From: Veleropilina oligotropha
Taxonomy: Eukaryota
DNA: 64,000 nucleotides
Direction: 5' to 3'
NCBI GenBank assembly: GCA_048128005.1
Contig: JBEUKZ010000080.1
Location: 310,001-374,000, forward strand
The notes under the pieces were generated by a model that was given only the letters and a program-made list of their open reading frames with translations, had not been told where the DNA came from and did not search any database. Below are positions 1 through 10,290 of this stretch, one piece after another. The stretch's first letter is position 1. Every line of letters begins with the position of its first letter. The position numbers were made by a program, and so were the translations under genes.

Positions 1-56
1 GCGCGCATCTCCTGGCATTATTTCGGTTATAAGGGCACCTTTATCACGTTTTCAAC

Positions 57-247
57 ACGGGCCTTTGTCGCATGCCAGAAAATCGTTCGATCAATGATGC
101 TCCCGGTCGCCTGGTATCCATTATGCATGCCAGAAAATCGTTCGATCAATGATGCTCCCGGTCGCCTGGTATCCATTATAATGGATACCAGGCGACCGGG
201 AGCATCATTGATCGAACGATTTTCTGGCATGCGACATAGGCCCGTGG
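57..247. repeat. Fold-back palindrome with one arm tandemly duplicated
   Basis: 125-232 is a perfect 108-bp palindrome centred on ccatta|taatgg. 70-124 is an extra direct copy of the left arm. The outer flanks (cacgggcctttgtc / gacataggcccgtg) extend the inverted repeat. Confidence 0.9.
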
Positions 248-351
248 TTTTCAACCTAAAATTTGCTATGTCTGCTCCGGAAATTATGTGGGATGAGAGT
301 TTAGTCGTTGGGGCTGAAATGAGGTTTTAATGTAAACCTAATATTAGTATA

Positions 352-558
352 AAACATACTTACGTCCTTACTCTTGCCATAATAGTATATTATCGCCCAA
401 ACCGGAAATGGTGAATATGTCCCATAATGCACCGTTAATAAGCCAAAAAAGCACACGGTTACCTCCCCTGCTCCTACCCCCCACGTTCCCTAGCGAGACT
501 TCGCCAAGTCTCGTGAGACTTCTGAACAATAGAAGTCACATGACATCAATTCAAAGTT
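352..558. repeat. DIRS 3' inverted terminal repeat (with terminal extension 319-351)
   Basis: Reverse complement of 7560-7766; the same peptide appears in ORFs 408..614(+) and 7489..7710(-). Confidence 0.95.
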
Positions 559-618
559 CAAAAACCACAAAGGAACGTAGTAGAGGGGAGGAATGCGAAA
601 CGCAGGGTGGGTAATCGT

Positions 619-709
619 GTAAGGACGTAAGTATGTTTTATACTAATATTAGGTTTACATTAAAACCTCATATATAGTTACAAACATACTTACGTCCTTA
701 CTCTTGCCA
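619..709. repeat. DIRS internal complementary region (ICR)
   Basis: 619-671 is the reverse complement of 319-371, and 672-709 is the reverse complement of 7739-7776. Together they spell the circle junction ...taactatat|atgaggtttt... Confidence 0.93.
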
Positions 710-1547
710 GAATAACCTTGGATAGGTGGGTAAGACGTTCCTTACAACAAACCCAAACAAGATAATGACTTACTTTTCACCAATTCGATCAGCATGAAGC
801 GTCGAGTGTGTCCGCCTAGAGTGGAATTTTTACTGAGTATTATATTCTACTCTTACCAGGCGAGAATTTCGACCAGTGTTACCGGGAGGATACGCCGTGG
901 TGTTAGTCGGACGAGGTGAACGGAAGTGCAATCAGCCCCTGGCACGGCCGGAAGGATAAATCCCTGTAGGTCTTACGTGTCATGGACCAGTGGCAGCCAA
1001 ATGGGACTCCGGGCCTATAGGCCGGTAGCCAGAGGATGCAGTCGGATTTGTAAGCACACGGAACCTAACAGGTTGTGAAAGCTTTAAAATCAAAAGCAAA
1101 GAATTAATAGATTATATAATAATCGATATTAATAAGTAGTTCGCATGACCAACTTGCGAACGCTAACATGGACGACATGTCACTTAAAATAAATTTTAAG
1201 GAAGCAAAAATGTTCGACATGTTACTTAAAAATAAATGTTAAGGAATCAACATTTTAAATGTATTGAACATCGTATGTTCGATTACAGCAAAGAACATAA
1301 TAATATTGAACCCTAATCTTTTTAAGATTTGTGCAAAATTATCAAAGTTGTTTTATTAAATTCAATGTGATCTGGCTTATGTCAACACTCAGTCTGACAA
1401 GAGAAGTACAAAATCTTAAATTAGATTTAAGAAATGAACAGACATTGAACTGCCCCATAGGTGTTAATTACATAGCACCGTTTGGCCAACGAAAATAAAA
1501 TGGCGTCAGTAAATATGCAAATGATCAATCAGAGAACAATAGGCTAC

Positions 1548-4505
1548 TTACTGATTAGAAGACCTCGGTCTAACAATAACCCGTTGTGCAGCAACACAGT
1601 GTAAACTGCTTAGGCCATCAGCCCCGGTTGAGTAGTCGCGCAGATAATGTTTGACAAACACGTTAGCGTTTTTCCAATATCCGGCCTGTAGTAACGCATT
1701 GATATTTAAATTATGTCGGAAGGCTACAGACGCTGCAATGGCCCGGACCTCATGTGCGCGGACCGATAAAATAGTTCGGTCGTCGTCATCACAACGGATG
1801 TAAACATCTCTCACAGTTTGTGAAATCCACCGCGAAACAGTAGTCCTCGTAATGTCGCGGGTGTAGGTGGGCAAATACGATATGAATAAACGTAATTTTC
1901 CCTGTCGCAACTCACGGGTTCTGTCTAGGTAGAATCGAAGCGCCCGGACCGGGCAATTGAAGCGGTCTGCGTCGCGCCTTCCGACTAGCGTTAGCTTGGG
2001 AATAACAACATCGGGTGCGTCCTCGTTCGGCCGCTGGTTCTTGGCTAAGAAGCCCAGAATGGGACGCAGTATCACCGACCCGTCTGACTGGAATCGTATG
2101 TCTCTTAGCTCGGAGGAGAAAGCATGAATCTCGGAACAACGCCTGCCCGACGCTAAGGCGATCAGAAAAACTGTTTTGTGCGTCAAGTTCCTCATGGTTA
2201 TCTCGGACATCGGCTCATACGGGGGTAAGAGTAATGCGTTAAGAATAAGTACGATATTCCAGGCAGGTGGCTTAATTCTTCGGGTCGGTATCTCGAGTTC
2301 ATAAGATCGTATAAAATCTGATATCGTTCGGTCGCTTGATAGGCCAGCATGGGCACGACACTGCTTTAGCGTGGTCGCGATCGTTGCCCGATAACCTTTG
2401 ACGGCGGACACTGACATACCGCGGTCGAAGAGCGACGATAAAAACTCGATAAACTTGTTCACAGGGGGACGGAGTATATTGATCTGCCTGCTGTGACACC
2501 AATCCACGTACTTAACCCATCGGTAGTCATAGACTTTTGTAGTGGAAATCCTTCTCGATCGATAGATACGTAAGGCTGTAGCTTTAGAAAATCCTTTCTT
2601 AGCAAGGGATCGTTCGATAACCGCCAGGCGTGTAAACGTAAGTGGTTCGGCGACTCGTGGAGTACACGGGTGCGTGGTTGCATTAACAGGTCTAGTTTCT
2701 GCGGTAACGCTAACGGTCGATCGACGATCAGATCGAGGAGGGTCGGAAACCAAGGTTGCGTGCGATAGAGGGGCGCTATTAGCGTTATCTCGCAACGTTC
2801 GGTCGCTGCCTTCTGTAATACCAGTGATAGAATGCACGTCGGGGGGAAGGCATACGCGGACAGATTCTCCCATGTCATTGACATTGCGTCGACCGCCAGG
2901 GCGGCCGGGTCTGGGTACGGGGAGACATACAGAGGTAGTCGGTAATTGAATTCTGTTGCAAACAAGTCGACTTGGGGTTGCGACCACCGGCGGCAAACAT
3001 CCCGAGCTACTCGGCTGTGTAGCGTCCACTCTGTGTGTATAATCTGTGATCTCCGAGAGAGCGAATCCGCTCTGACATTCAGCTTTCCCGGGATGTGTCG
3101 GGCTCGAATCGTCGAGTTGAGGGACATCACTAAGCGGTGTAGGTCTATTGCTCGGTCGCATAGGGGACGCGAGCGTGTACCGCCCTGGTGCTGTATGTAA
3201 GCGACGACAGTCGTGTTGTCCGTGGCGAGCATTATATGCTTGTTGCGGAGATGTGACGAGAGGGACCGTACTGACAGGAAGACGGCTTCTAACTCTAGGA
3301 AGTTGATATGTCGTCCCTGAAGGTCTGTCGGCCATAGGCCTGATGTCTCGTAACTGTCGAGGTGACCACCCCAGCCGTCGTTCGAAGCGTCTGTGAACAG
3401 GTAAGCGTTCGGCTCTGGTGGGGATATAGGAACCGACTGGTCCGGCAAAGCGGGGTTCAACCACACTGCTGTCGTGTCGGTAAACCAATGCCGTAGATCG
3501 ATGCGATCCTTCCACTGCCCCGTCCGTTGTATCCAGCGATCCCTGAAAGCCTGTTGTAACGGTCTTTTGTCCATGCGACCCGTCGGTAGCAGGGGCGCTA
3601 CCGACTCGATGTGCCCCAGGACAGTGGCCAGTTGTCGCGCCGTAGTTATGTCCGATGACAGGGTGTCTTGGATAACCGCGCGTAGGTTCCGCATACGCTT
3701 CTGGGTCGGCTTCGCGGTGTACCGGACCGTATCGAAGTCGACTCCGAGGAACGTAAACGTCGTCGAGGGCACGAAGCAGGATTTTGTCTCGTTGATCTGA
3801 AATCCCAGGCGCTTCGTCGATGACAGGGTAAAGCTCGTAGACCGGAGGCACAGATCTCGGGACGCCCCGAGGATCAGCTAGTCGTCGAGGTACATATGTA
3901 CCCTGTGCCCTAGAGAGTGTAGGAAGGCCCCCAGGGCCTGTACTGTTCTCGTGAAGACGTACGGGGCTGACGATAGACCGAACGGTAGGCACCTGAATTG
4001 GTAGATCGTCTCCCCGTGTATAAACCGAAGGTACTGATGAGCCGTGATATGCATCGGGACATGCAGATACGCGTCGGCGAGATCGATAGACGCTGCCCAG
4101 TCGCCCGGACGGATGGCCGCTCGAATCTTCGAGAGGGTTTCTTGCTGGAATTTCTCGGTACGAAGATATAGGTTTAGGTACGAGAGATCGAGGATCGGTC
4201 TCCAGCGGCCATCGGGTTTCGGGACCAGGAAGAAATGGCTGTAAAATCCTGGTGTGCTGGGCGGCGCGGGATATATCGCTCTTTTTAGGAGCAAATCCCG
4301 CACTGCCTGGTCTAAGACCGCTTGTTTCTCTCCGTTTAGGAGGCGAGCGTGTCTTGTTGGTGGTGCCTCGGTTAAGGTCGGATGCCGGTTGAATGCCAAC
4401 TTGTATCCGGCACTCACGACTAAGTGGACCCAGTTGCTGTCTGTCAGCTCTAGCCAGGGCTGGCTGTGTGCTAACAGGCACGCTCCCACCGGCGGGAGCG
4501 GGCAA
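1548..4505 (-). CDS. DIRS tyrosine recombinase ORF; the long N-terminal part overlaps the RT frame
   Basis: C-terminal SAM-like plus YR catalytic motifs: ALASGRRCSEI (R), LAKNQ (K), HEVRAIAAS (HxxR), GYW...FVKHY (W, Y). The true start is uncertain. Confidence 0.9.
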   Translation of the reverse strand: MPAPAGGSVPVSTQPALARADRQQLGPLSRECRIQVGIQPASDLNRGTTNKTRSPPKRRETSGLRPGSAGFAPKKSDISRAAQHTRILQPFLPGPETRWPLETDPRSLVPKPISSYREIPARNPLEDSSGHPSGRLGSVYRSRRRVSACPDAYHGSSVPSVYTRGDDLPIQVPTVRSIVSPVRLHENSTGPGGLPTLSRAQGTYVPRRLADPRGVPRSVPPVYELYPVIDEAPGISDQRDKILLRALDDVYVPRSRLRYGPVHREADPEAYAEPTRGYPRHPVIGHNYGATTGHCPGAHRVGSAPATDGSHGQKTVTTGFQGSLDTTDGAVEGSHRSTALVYRHDSSVVEPRFAGPVGSYIPTRAERLPVHRRFERRLGWSPRQLRDIRPMADRPSGTTYQLPRVRSRLPVSTVPLVTSPQQAYNARHGQHDCRRLHTAPGRYTLASPMRPSNRPTPLSDVPQLDDSSPTHPGKAECQSGFALSEITDYTHRVDATQPSSSGCLPPVVATPSRLVCNRIQLPTTSVCLPVPRPGRPGGRRNVNDMGESVRVCLPPDVHSITGITEGSDRTLRDNANSAPLSHATLVSDPPRSDRRSTVSVTAETRPVNATTHPCTPRVAEPLTFTRLAVIERSLAKKGFSKATALRIYRSRRISTTKVYDYRWVKYVDWCHSRQINILRPPVNKFIEFLSSLFDRGMSVSAVKGYRATIATTLKQCRAHAGLSSDRTISDFIRSYELEIPTRRIKPPAWNIVLILNALLLPPYEPMSEITMRNLTHKTVFLIALASGRRCSEIHAFSSELRDIRFQSDGSVILRPILGFLAKNQRPNEDAPDVVIPKLTLVGRRDADRFNCPVRALRFYLDRTRELRQGKLRLFISYLPTYTRDITRTTVSRWISQTVRDVYIRCDDDDRTILSVRAHEVRAIAASVAFRHNLNINALLQAGYWKNANVFVKHYLRDYSTGADGLSSLHCVAAQRVIVRPRSSNQ
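2459..4489 (-). pseudogene. DIRS RT-RNase H-Dam-like methyltransferase ORF with one premature stop
   Basis: RT motifs RPILDL, IDLADAYLHV, LPFGLSSAP and YLDD, then TAG at 3880-3878 where W is expected. The same frame continues LILGASRD... into RNase H (FTDASNDGWGG, LELEAV, TDNTTV, NVRADSLSR) and a methyltransferase-like region (DLFATEFN, YAFPP). Confidence 0.92.
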
Positions 4506-4532
4506 CTGGGGCCGTCGCGAATGCCGGCAGCC

Positions 4533-6782
4533 CTAGGGCCGAGGCTTCCCTATCCCGCTCTGCTTGCGGGATTTCGCTGGAGGTGCTTGCCTCTTTGGAG
4601 TGGGTTTATTGGCCGGAGGCCTACCACCCGAAGAGGGCTTCGCACGCTTAGAAGGCTTCGGGGCCGGGGTGGGCCCGGAGCGCTTCTTCGAGTTGGCAGG
4701 TGGACCCCGGGTGGGGAGCAGTACTGCCTTCTCGATGGCACGGTCCTTAATGTCCGCCGCTCTCTTGTCAACAAACTCCGTGAAGTTGTCACCAAAGAGA
4801 GTGGTGGCCGAGCAAGGTACGCATCGCAACGAGCGCCGGGTGGGCTCGTCCAGCGAGGTACCTTCCAGGCAAGCATCCCTACGAAGTAGGAGGGCATTGC
4901 CCAGGACACGTCCCGTCTCCAACGCGCTGGTCTCCTGCGCGGCAGCAACCTCCTGGAGGAAGGACAGGGCAGCCTCGGTGGCGCCGGGTCCATTCTCCTG
5001 TAATACGGCTATCGCCCCGTCTAGGAAAAAATCCTGAACGGACGATAGCCGCAGAGCCCGTCGGGCGGAGCTCTCGAAAGCTTCCAAGGCGGACCAAGGA
5101 ACTTTCGCTACGGAGGGAGGGTGACTGGCGGTCAGTCGACGCAACGAAGCGTCAACACGAGCCGGCTCAGTCGCCAGGCACGGGCCAGTGCATTCGAACG
5201 GGATCGCTCGAGTACTGGCCCGGAGGTACCTCCCACTACGGAACCCCGAAGGGAACTCGTTCAGCGGGGAGGACTCCACCGGATTGCGCCCCTGAACGAG
5301 CTTGGTGATCGAGTCTACAACAAGATCCACCAGCCCGGACTGAGGTAAGGAGGGGAGCTCGGGGGCTTCCCTCGCAACAAACCGATGTGCTGCCGTCCTA
5401 TGCTTGGCTACGTCTACAGCCGACCGAGTCGGTTCCGACAAGCCAAGCACCCCGCGAAGTGACGCAACAGCGTCGAGCCTTCGGCGGGTGGAGGAGGTCG
5501 GCTCCTGCGTGCCTGTAAGACTAATGTCTTCGGACCCGACCGATTCAGGGAGGTCGGTGTGATTTGAACAGAGATCCTCGTCGGAACGAGGGTCGATGTC
5601 TATCACTGAGGCAGGAGCCGTGCTCTGCGCCATGGGCAGAAGTGTAGGTACCAGGTGCGGCTCGGGAGCCGTCGGCCAGGCCTTACACCGTTCCTCGATC
5701 CCCGCCGCGATCCATGCCTGGACGTTCTCAAAAGAGAAACCCGGAGGCAGGACGGGCGACGAACTAACAGCCGGTAGTTCTGTCGAGGTAACCGTGGCGC
5801 TAGGTAGACGGGCTGCATTGACAGGTCGAACCGAGGACCAGGGTCCACGGGCACTTGTCGAGGGGTCGAACCCGAAGGACTGGCCCGGAGGCGCAGTCAG
5901 TGGGCCGGACGACCGATAGGACTGCGGCAACAGTTCTGATCGGTCTACCACTCTGTTCGAGCGAGGCACGGACGGAAAACCGCCGTAGAACCCCGTCCCG
6001 AACGCAGCCGGTCTGTCCACGTTCTCTAGCGTGACCACGGTGGGTGCACGGGAGAGACCGGGCCCTCTGAATGTCTCGTGAGCTCCGAGGTTGAGCGGAA
6101 AACCCCTAGGGGAAGTCGCATCGTTCTCGACCGAGGATTCAGGTTTCGCCGATTGTCCGAGTCTTAGACCTACAAGTAGGTGCCCGGCCTCTTTAAAGGC
6201 TTTCTCTGCATTGGGTCTGTCACCGTAGGAAGACGGTGAGTTTCCCGCAGAAGGACTAACTGTCCCCTTATTCTTCGAGGCCGAAGAAAAGGATGGGGAT
6301 AGTCTGCCCTGTTCAGCTGTTCGCTGCGCTGTCATGTATACCTTGCTAGCCGGCAAGGTATGGCTGACTGCAGTTACTAGGCCCAGTTGTGGAGGAACGG
6401 TCGACACTCGGGTCTTTACCTGAATCTGGGGTACCGGCAAGGTTTCGGTGACTCTCCCAAGAGTCGCGGAGGTTTCGCCGGTGGATGCGGCGACAGACGT
6501 CCCCTTTTGTCGGCTGTCGTCCAGCGTCCCTGAAGTAGACAAATAAGAAACGTTAGGTAACTTACCGGTCTCTTCCTGACCCTTCTCCGGGGGAGGACCC
6601 ACCGTGGCAGTCGCCCTGGTCGACTTACCGTGGTGAGACAGGGTTGCCCACTGCTTATCTGATAGAAGAAAGCACAGATCACATTGATGATGTATACTAC
6701 AGCTACGGTGAGTACAACATTCCTTGTGCCTATCAAATCCGTGAATTTTCTGGTTACACCCGGAGCTACTGCACCGGACCAT
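4533..6782 (-). CDS. DIRS ORF1 (gag-like)
   Basis: Probable ATG at 6782. N-terminal Cys/His cluster (CSSSGC..DRHKECCTHRSC..CDLC), low-complexity middle, helical C-terminal region (LLLRRDACL...LFG) and a basic tail. It lies between the 5' ITR and the RT. Confidence 0.85.
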   Translation of the reverse strand: MVRCSSSGCNQKIHGFDRHKECCTHRSCSIHHQCDLCFLLSDKQWATLSHHGKSTRATATVGPPPEKGQEETGKLPNVSYLSTSGTLDDSRQKGTSVAASTGETSATLGRVTETLPVPQIQVKTRVSTVPPQLGLVTAVSHTLPASKVYMTAQRTAEQGRLSPSFSSASKNKGTVSPSAGNSPSSYGDRPNAEKAFKEAGHLLVGLRLGQSAKPESSVENDATSPRGFPLNLGAHETFRGPGLSRAPTVVTLENVDRPAAFGTGFYGGFPSVPRSNRVVDRSELLPQSYRSSGPLTAPPGQSFGFDPSTSARGPWSSVRPVNAARLPSATVTSTELPAVSSSPVLPPGFSFENVQAWIAAGIEERCKAWPTAPEPHLVPTLLPMAQSTAPASVIDIDPRSDEDLCSNHTDLPESVGSEDISLTGTQEPTSSTRRRLDAVASLRGVLGLSEPTRSAVDVAKHRTAAHRFVAREAPELPSLPQSGLVDLVVDSITKLVQGRNPVESSPLNEFPSGFRSGRYLRASTRAIPFECTGPCLATEPARVDASLRRLTASHPPSVAKVPWSALEAFESSARRALRLSSVQDFFLDGAIAVLQENGPGATEAALSFLQEVAAAQETSALETGRVLGNALLLRRDACLEGTSLDEPTRRSLRCVPCSATTLFGDNFTEFVDKRAADIKDRAIEKAVLLPTRGPPANSKKRSGPTPAPKPSKRAKPSSGGRPPANKPTPKRQAPPAKSRKQSGIGKPRP

Positions 6783-7559
6783 AGCTAAATACACGGGCGG
6801 GTGGACATGGGTAGACGGGGTAGGTAAATAGGTATATGTATGGTAGTTGAGACTTCTTTCCTTGGAGGGAGTACTATGACAACTCACAGAATTGTCCTGA
6901 TCTGAAGATTAGAGATCAAGCGATATACCGTTATTAGAACCCCGAACTGGGAACACCGAGGTCGGGTATTTTACCCGACCGACCCGGTAACCCGGCAAAT
7001 TGACTAAAACAAAGGGGGGTTCTTTCCTCGAAAAAACCCGCCCAGAAAAACACCTGAAAACCTCGTGGATGTTTTAAGTTAGTACAATGGCGTATTATCC
7101 CAGCAACGGCAGGATATCAGAAAATTAACGCAAGCTTAATATCAAAAGATCCTGCCTTTTAACAACGCTAGAAAATTTTATATATATAATAAATAACCAG
7201 CAAATAGCGTTGTTAAGGAGTTATCCAATATAATGAGTTACCTGTTTGCAGTCTCAAACAATATCAGATAATTATACAGACCAGAAATTTCAGCTACCAC
7301 TCGAAAATTTTCCCTCTAAGCGGCCATCTTTAACGGCCACTGGCGTCCTTGACGACGATGTCTGTTTCCTTTGATGTCCAGAACTTCCTCGAAGTTTTGA
7401 GAATCACTCTTCTTATATTCACATGTGTTTTATATCCACAACACTGTTATATTCCACTACTTATATTAAGTAGAAACTGCGCCCTGATTTAACGTGAAAT
7501 CGGGCGCCTATATCGAAATATTTGCGGAGCAAAAACAACGTCTTTCCGCGGCAGCGGAA

Positions 7560-7776
7560 AACTTTGAATTGATGTCATGTGACTTCTATTGTTCAGAAGT
7601 CTCACGAGACTTGGCGAAGTCTCGCTAGGGAACGTGGGGGGTAGGAGCAGGGGAGGTAACCGTGTGCTTTTTTGGCTTATTAACGGTGCATTATGGGACA
7701 TATTCACCATTTCCGGTTTGGGCGATAATATACTATTATGGCAAGAGTAAGGACGTAAGTATGTTTGTAACTATAT
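7560..7776. repeat. DIRS 5' inverted terminal repeat
   Basis: Reverse complement of 352-558, plus a unique end matched by the ICR. Confidence 0.95.
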
Positions 7777-7833
7777 GTGGAAATTGTAGAAGCACCCTCC
7801 GTCGATGGCAATAGCAATACGATGGATGAGAGC

Positions 7834-10290
7834 CCATGCAAACATCCACTACAAATTTGCCGACATCCTGGATGACAATAACCTCGTGCAAATTGTGGAA
7901 GATCCAACCCGTGAAAGCAACACCCTTGACCTGATCCTCACAAACAACCCATCTAGATTTCCTCGTGTGGATGTCATACCTGGTGTGTCTGACCATGACA
8001 TTGTACTGTGAAGTTGACATATCGCCAGTGAAGAACAAACAAAAACCAAGGAAAATCCCTCTTTACAAGAAAGCCAGATGGGACACCATGCGAGATGACA
8101 TGACTGCAACAAAACACAAAGTAACTGACATGAATAACAGCTCGTCCAGTGTTGAAGATATGTGGAGTGTATTCAAAAACGATCTTGAGCACAGTGTCTC
8201 CAACAATATACCCCACAAAACAGCCAGGACAAAGGATAGCATACCATGGATCACCCCAGATATCAAAAAACTAATACATAAAAGGGACAGACTTTACAAA
8301 AAGAAGAAAAAGTCTGCAGATGCCTCATACACTGCCAAATTCAAAGAAGTCCGCTGCATGGTACAGAAGCAACTGAGAAGGGCATACTGGTCATATATAG
8401 AGGACATTGTCTCTCCGAAGGCGGAAGACACGACTTACAGCAGCATGAAACGGTTCTGGACCTATATTAAACACAAAAAATCAGACAATGCAGGAATTTC
8501 ACCTCTAAAAAGTAATGGTCTCCTATATACAAATCCGACTGATAAAGCAAAAATTCTCAACAACCAGTTCAAGTCCGCGTTCTCTGCTAAAACCAACATA
8601 TCCTCCGATGAATTCACTGACACATTTAAACTTCTTGGCAATTATCCAACCATAAATCCCTTAAACATCACTAACAATGGAATCCAAAAACTGTTACAGA
8701 ACTTAAATCCGCATAAAGCTGCAGGACCAGATAATATCCGTCCTCGTGTCCTACAAGAACTCGCCTCCGACATTGCACCGATACTTGCCATAATTTTCAG
8801 AAGATCACTCCACACTGGTGAGATTCCCAACGACTGGAAGCGTGCAAATGTTACGCCAATCTTCAAAAAGGGTGAGAAGTATAAAGCGGTGAACTATCGT
8901 CCGATCTCCCTCACGTGCATTTGCTGCAAGATCATGGAACATGTCATCACAAGTCACATCATGAACCACGCCGACAAACATAACATCCTGTACCCGCTCC
9001 AACATGGGTTTAGGCGTGGTAGATCCTGTGAAACGCAGCTTCTTGAGTTTATCGATGACATCACCACCAATATGGACAACGGGAAGCAGACCGATACCCT
9101 AGTGATGGACTTTTCAAAAGCCTTTGACAAGGTCAGCCACAGCCTGCTAGTCCACAAGCTACACCACTATGGAATACATGGGCCAGTTAATGCGTGGATC
9201 ACATCGTTCCTTGCCAATCGAGAACAATCTGTCCTTCTTGAAGGCGAGTCATCAGATCCCATTAATGTAGAGTCAGGAGTGCCCCAGGGATCTGTCCTCG
9301 GCCCGAGCCTGTTCCTGTACTACATAAACGACCTACCCACTGGACTCTCCTCAACAGTGCGAATGTTTGCAGACGACACCATTGCCTACATTGCCTACAT
9401 AACGGTGACCTCTGACAGTGATGCTGGTGTATTGCAAGCCGACCTGGACAAGCTTGCCATTTGGGAACAGGCATGGAAAATGGCTTTTCACCCCGACAAA
9501 TGCCAAGTGCTTACCATCTCCAGGAAACGGAACACTATAAAACACCAGTACACGCTTCATGGCCACACACTAGACTCAGTGGCCTCCGCCAAATATCTGG
9601 GTTGTACGGTAACAACCGATTTGCGTTGGAACAACCACATAAGCGACATCTGTGGGAAAGCTAACCGCACTATTGGTTTTCTCAAACGGAACCTCAACAT
9701 TGGCTCACCCTCCGTGAAACAGAGTGCGTATAAATCCCTTGTTCGCCCTCTCGTGGAATATGCAAGCTCTGTATGGGATCTTTACCAACAAAGGGAGATT
9801 AACAAGATAGAGATGGTCCAGTGTAGAGCTGCGAGATATGTCACCAACAACTACAGGAGGACTGCAAGCGTCACGGACATGCTCCGCACCTTGGAGTGGC
9901 CATCTCTACAGGAAAGGAGACGAACAGCACGACTGTCCATCATCTATAAAATTCAAAATGATCTTGTTTGCATGGACCATAGAGGCAGGCTCATACCATC
10001 TAACAGAACATCCAGGAATAGTCACGAGTCTGCTTACCAAATTCCTGCGTGCAAAAATGACTATAGAAAGAACTCATTCTTCCCACGTACCATCAGGGAA
10101 TGGAATGGCTTGACGCCGGACACCGTGGCATCTGAGACACTTGAGACCTTTAAACGTCATGCCTCAGACACACATTCTCACTAACTGTTTTGTTTTTTTG
10201 TTTTTTTTTCTCTTTTTTTTTCTCTTTTCTGCGCACACCCGTTTGTCATAATAATCACCTTGTTGATTGTGGACAGTATTTGGCAGAAGC
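7834..10290 (+). mobile_element. 5'-truncated CR1/L2-group non-LTR retrotransposon (end of APE domain plus RT, ORF to 10184)
   Basis: APE C-terminus ([22 protein letters not shown]) with a frameshift near 8005. RT motifs NYRPISLT, QHGFR, DFSKAFD, GVPQGSVLGP and FADD. A 9-bp duplication attgcctac at 9381-9398, and a T-rich 3' UTR. Confidence 0.92.

Larger units (their letters stand above)
319..7776 (-). mobile_element. Full-length DIRS1-like tyrosine-recombinase retrotransposon
   Basis: 207-bp inverted terminal repeats (352-558 / 7560-7766), an ICR at 619-709 complementary to both termini, and gag, RT-RNaseH-methyltransferase and YR reading frames. Confidence 0.96.

Noticed and set aside
408..614. 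Small ORF duplicated at 7489-7710
   Set aside because: A by-product of the DIRS inverted terminal repeats.
4254..5919. Plus-strand ORFs inside the DIRS element
   Set aside because: Antisense shadows of GC-rich coding sequence with no recognisable motifs.
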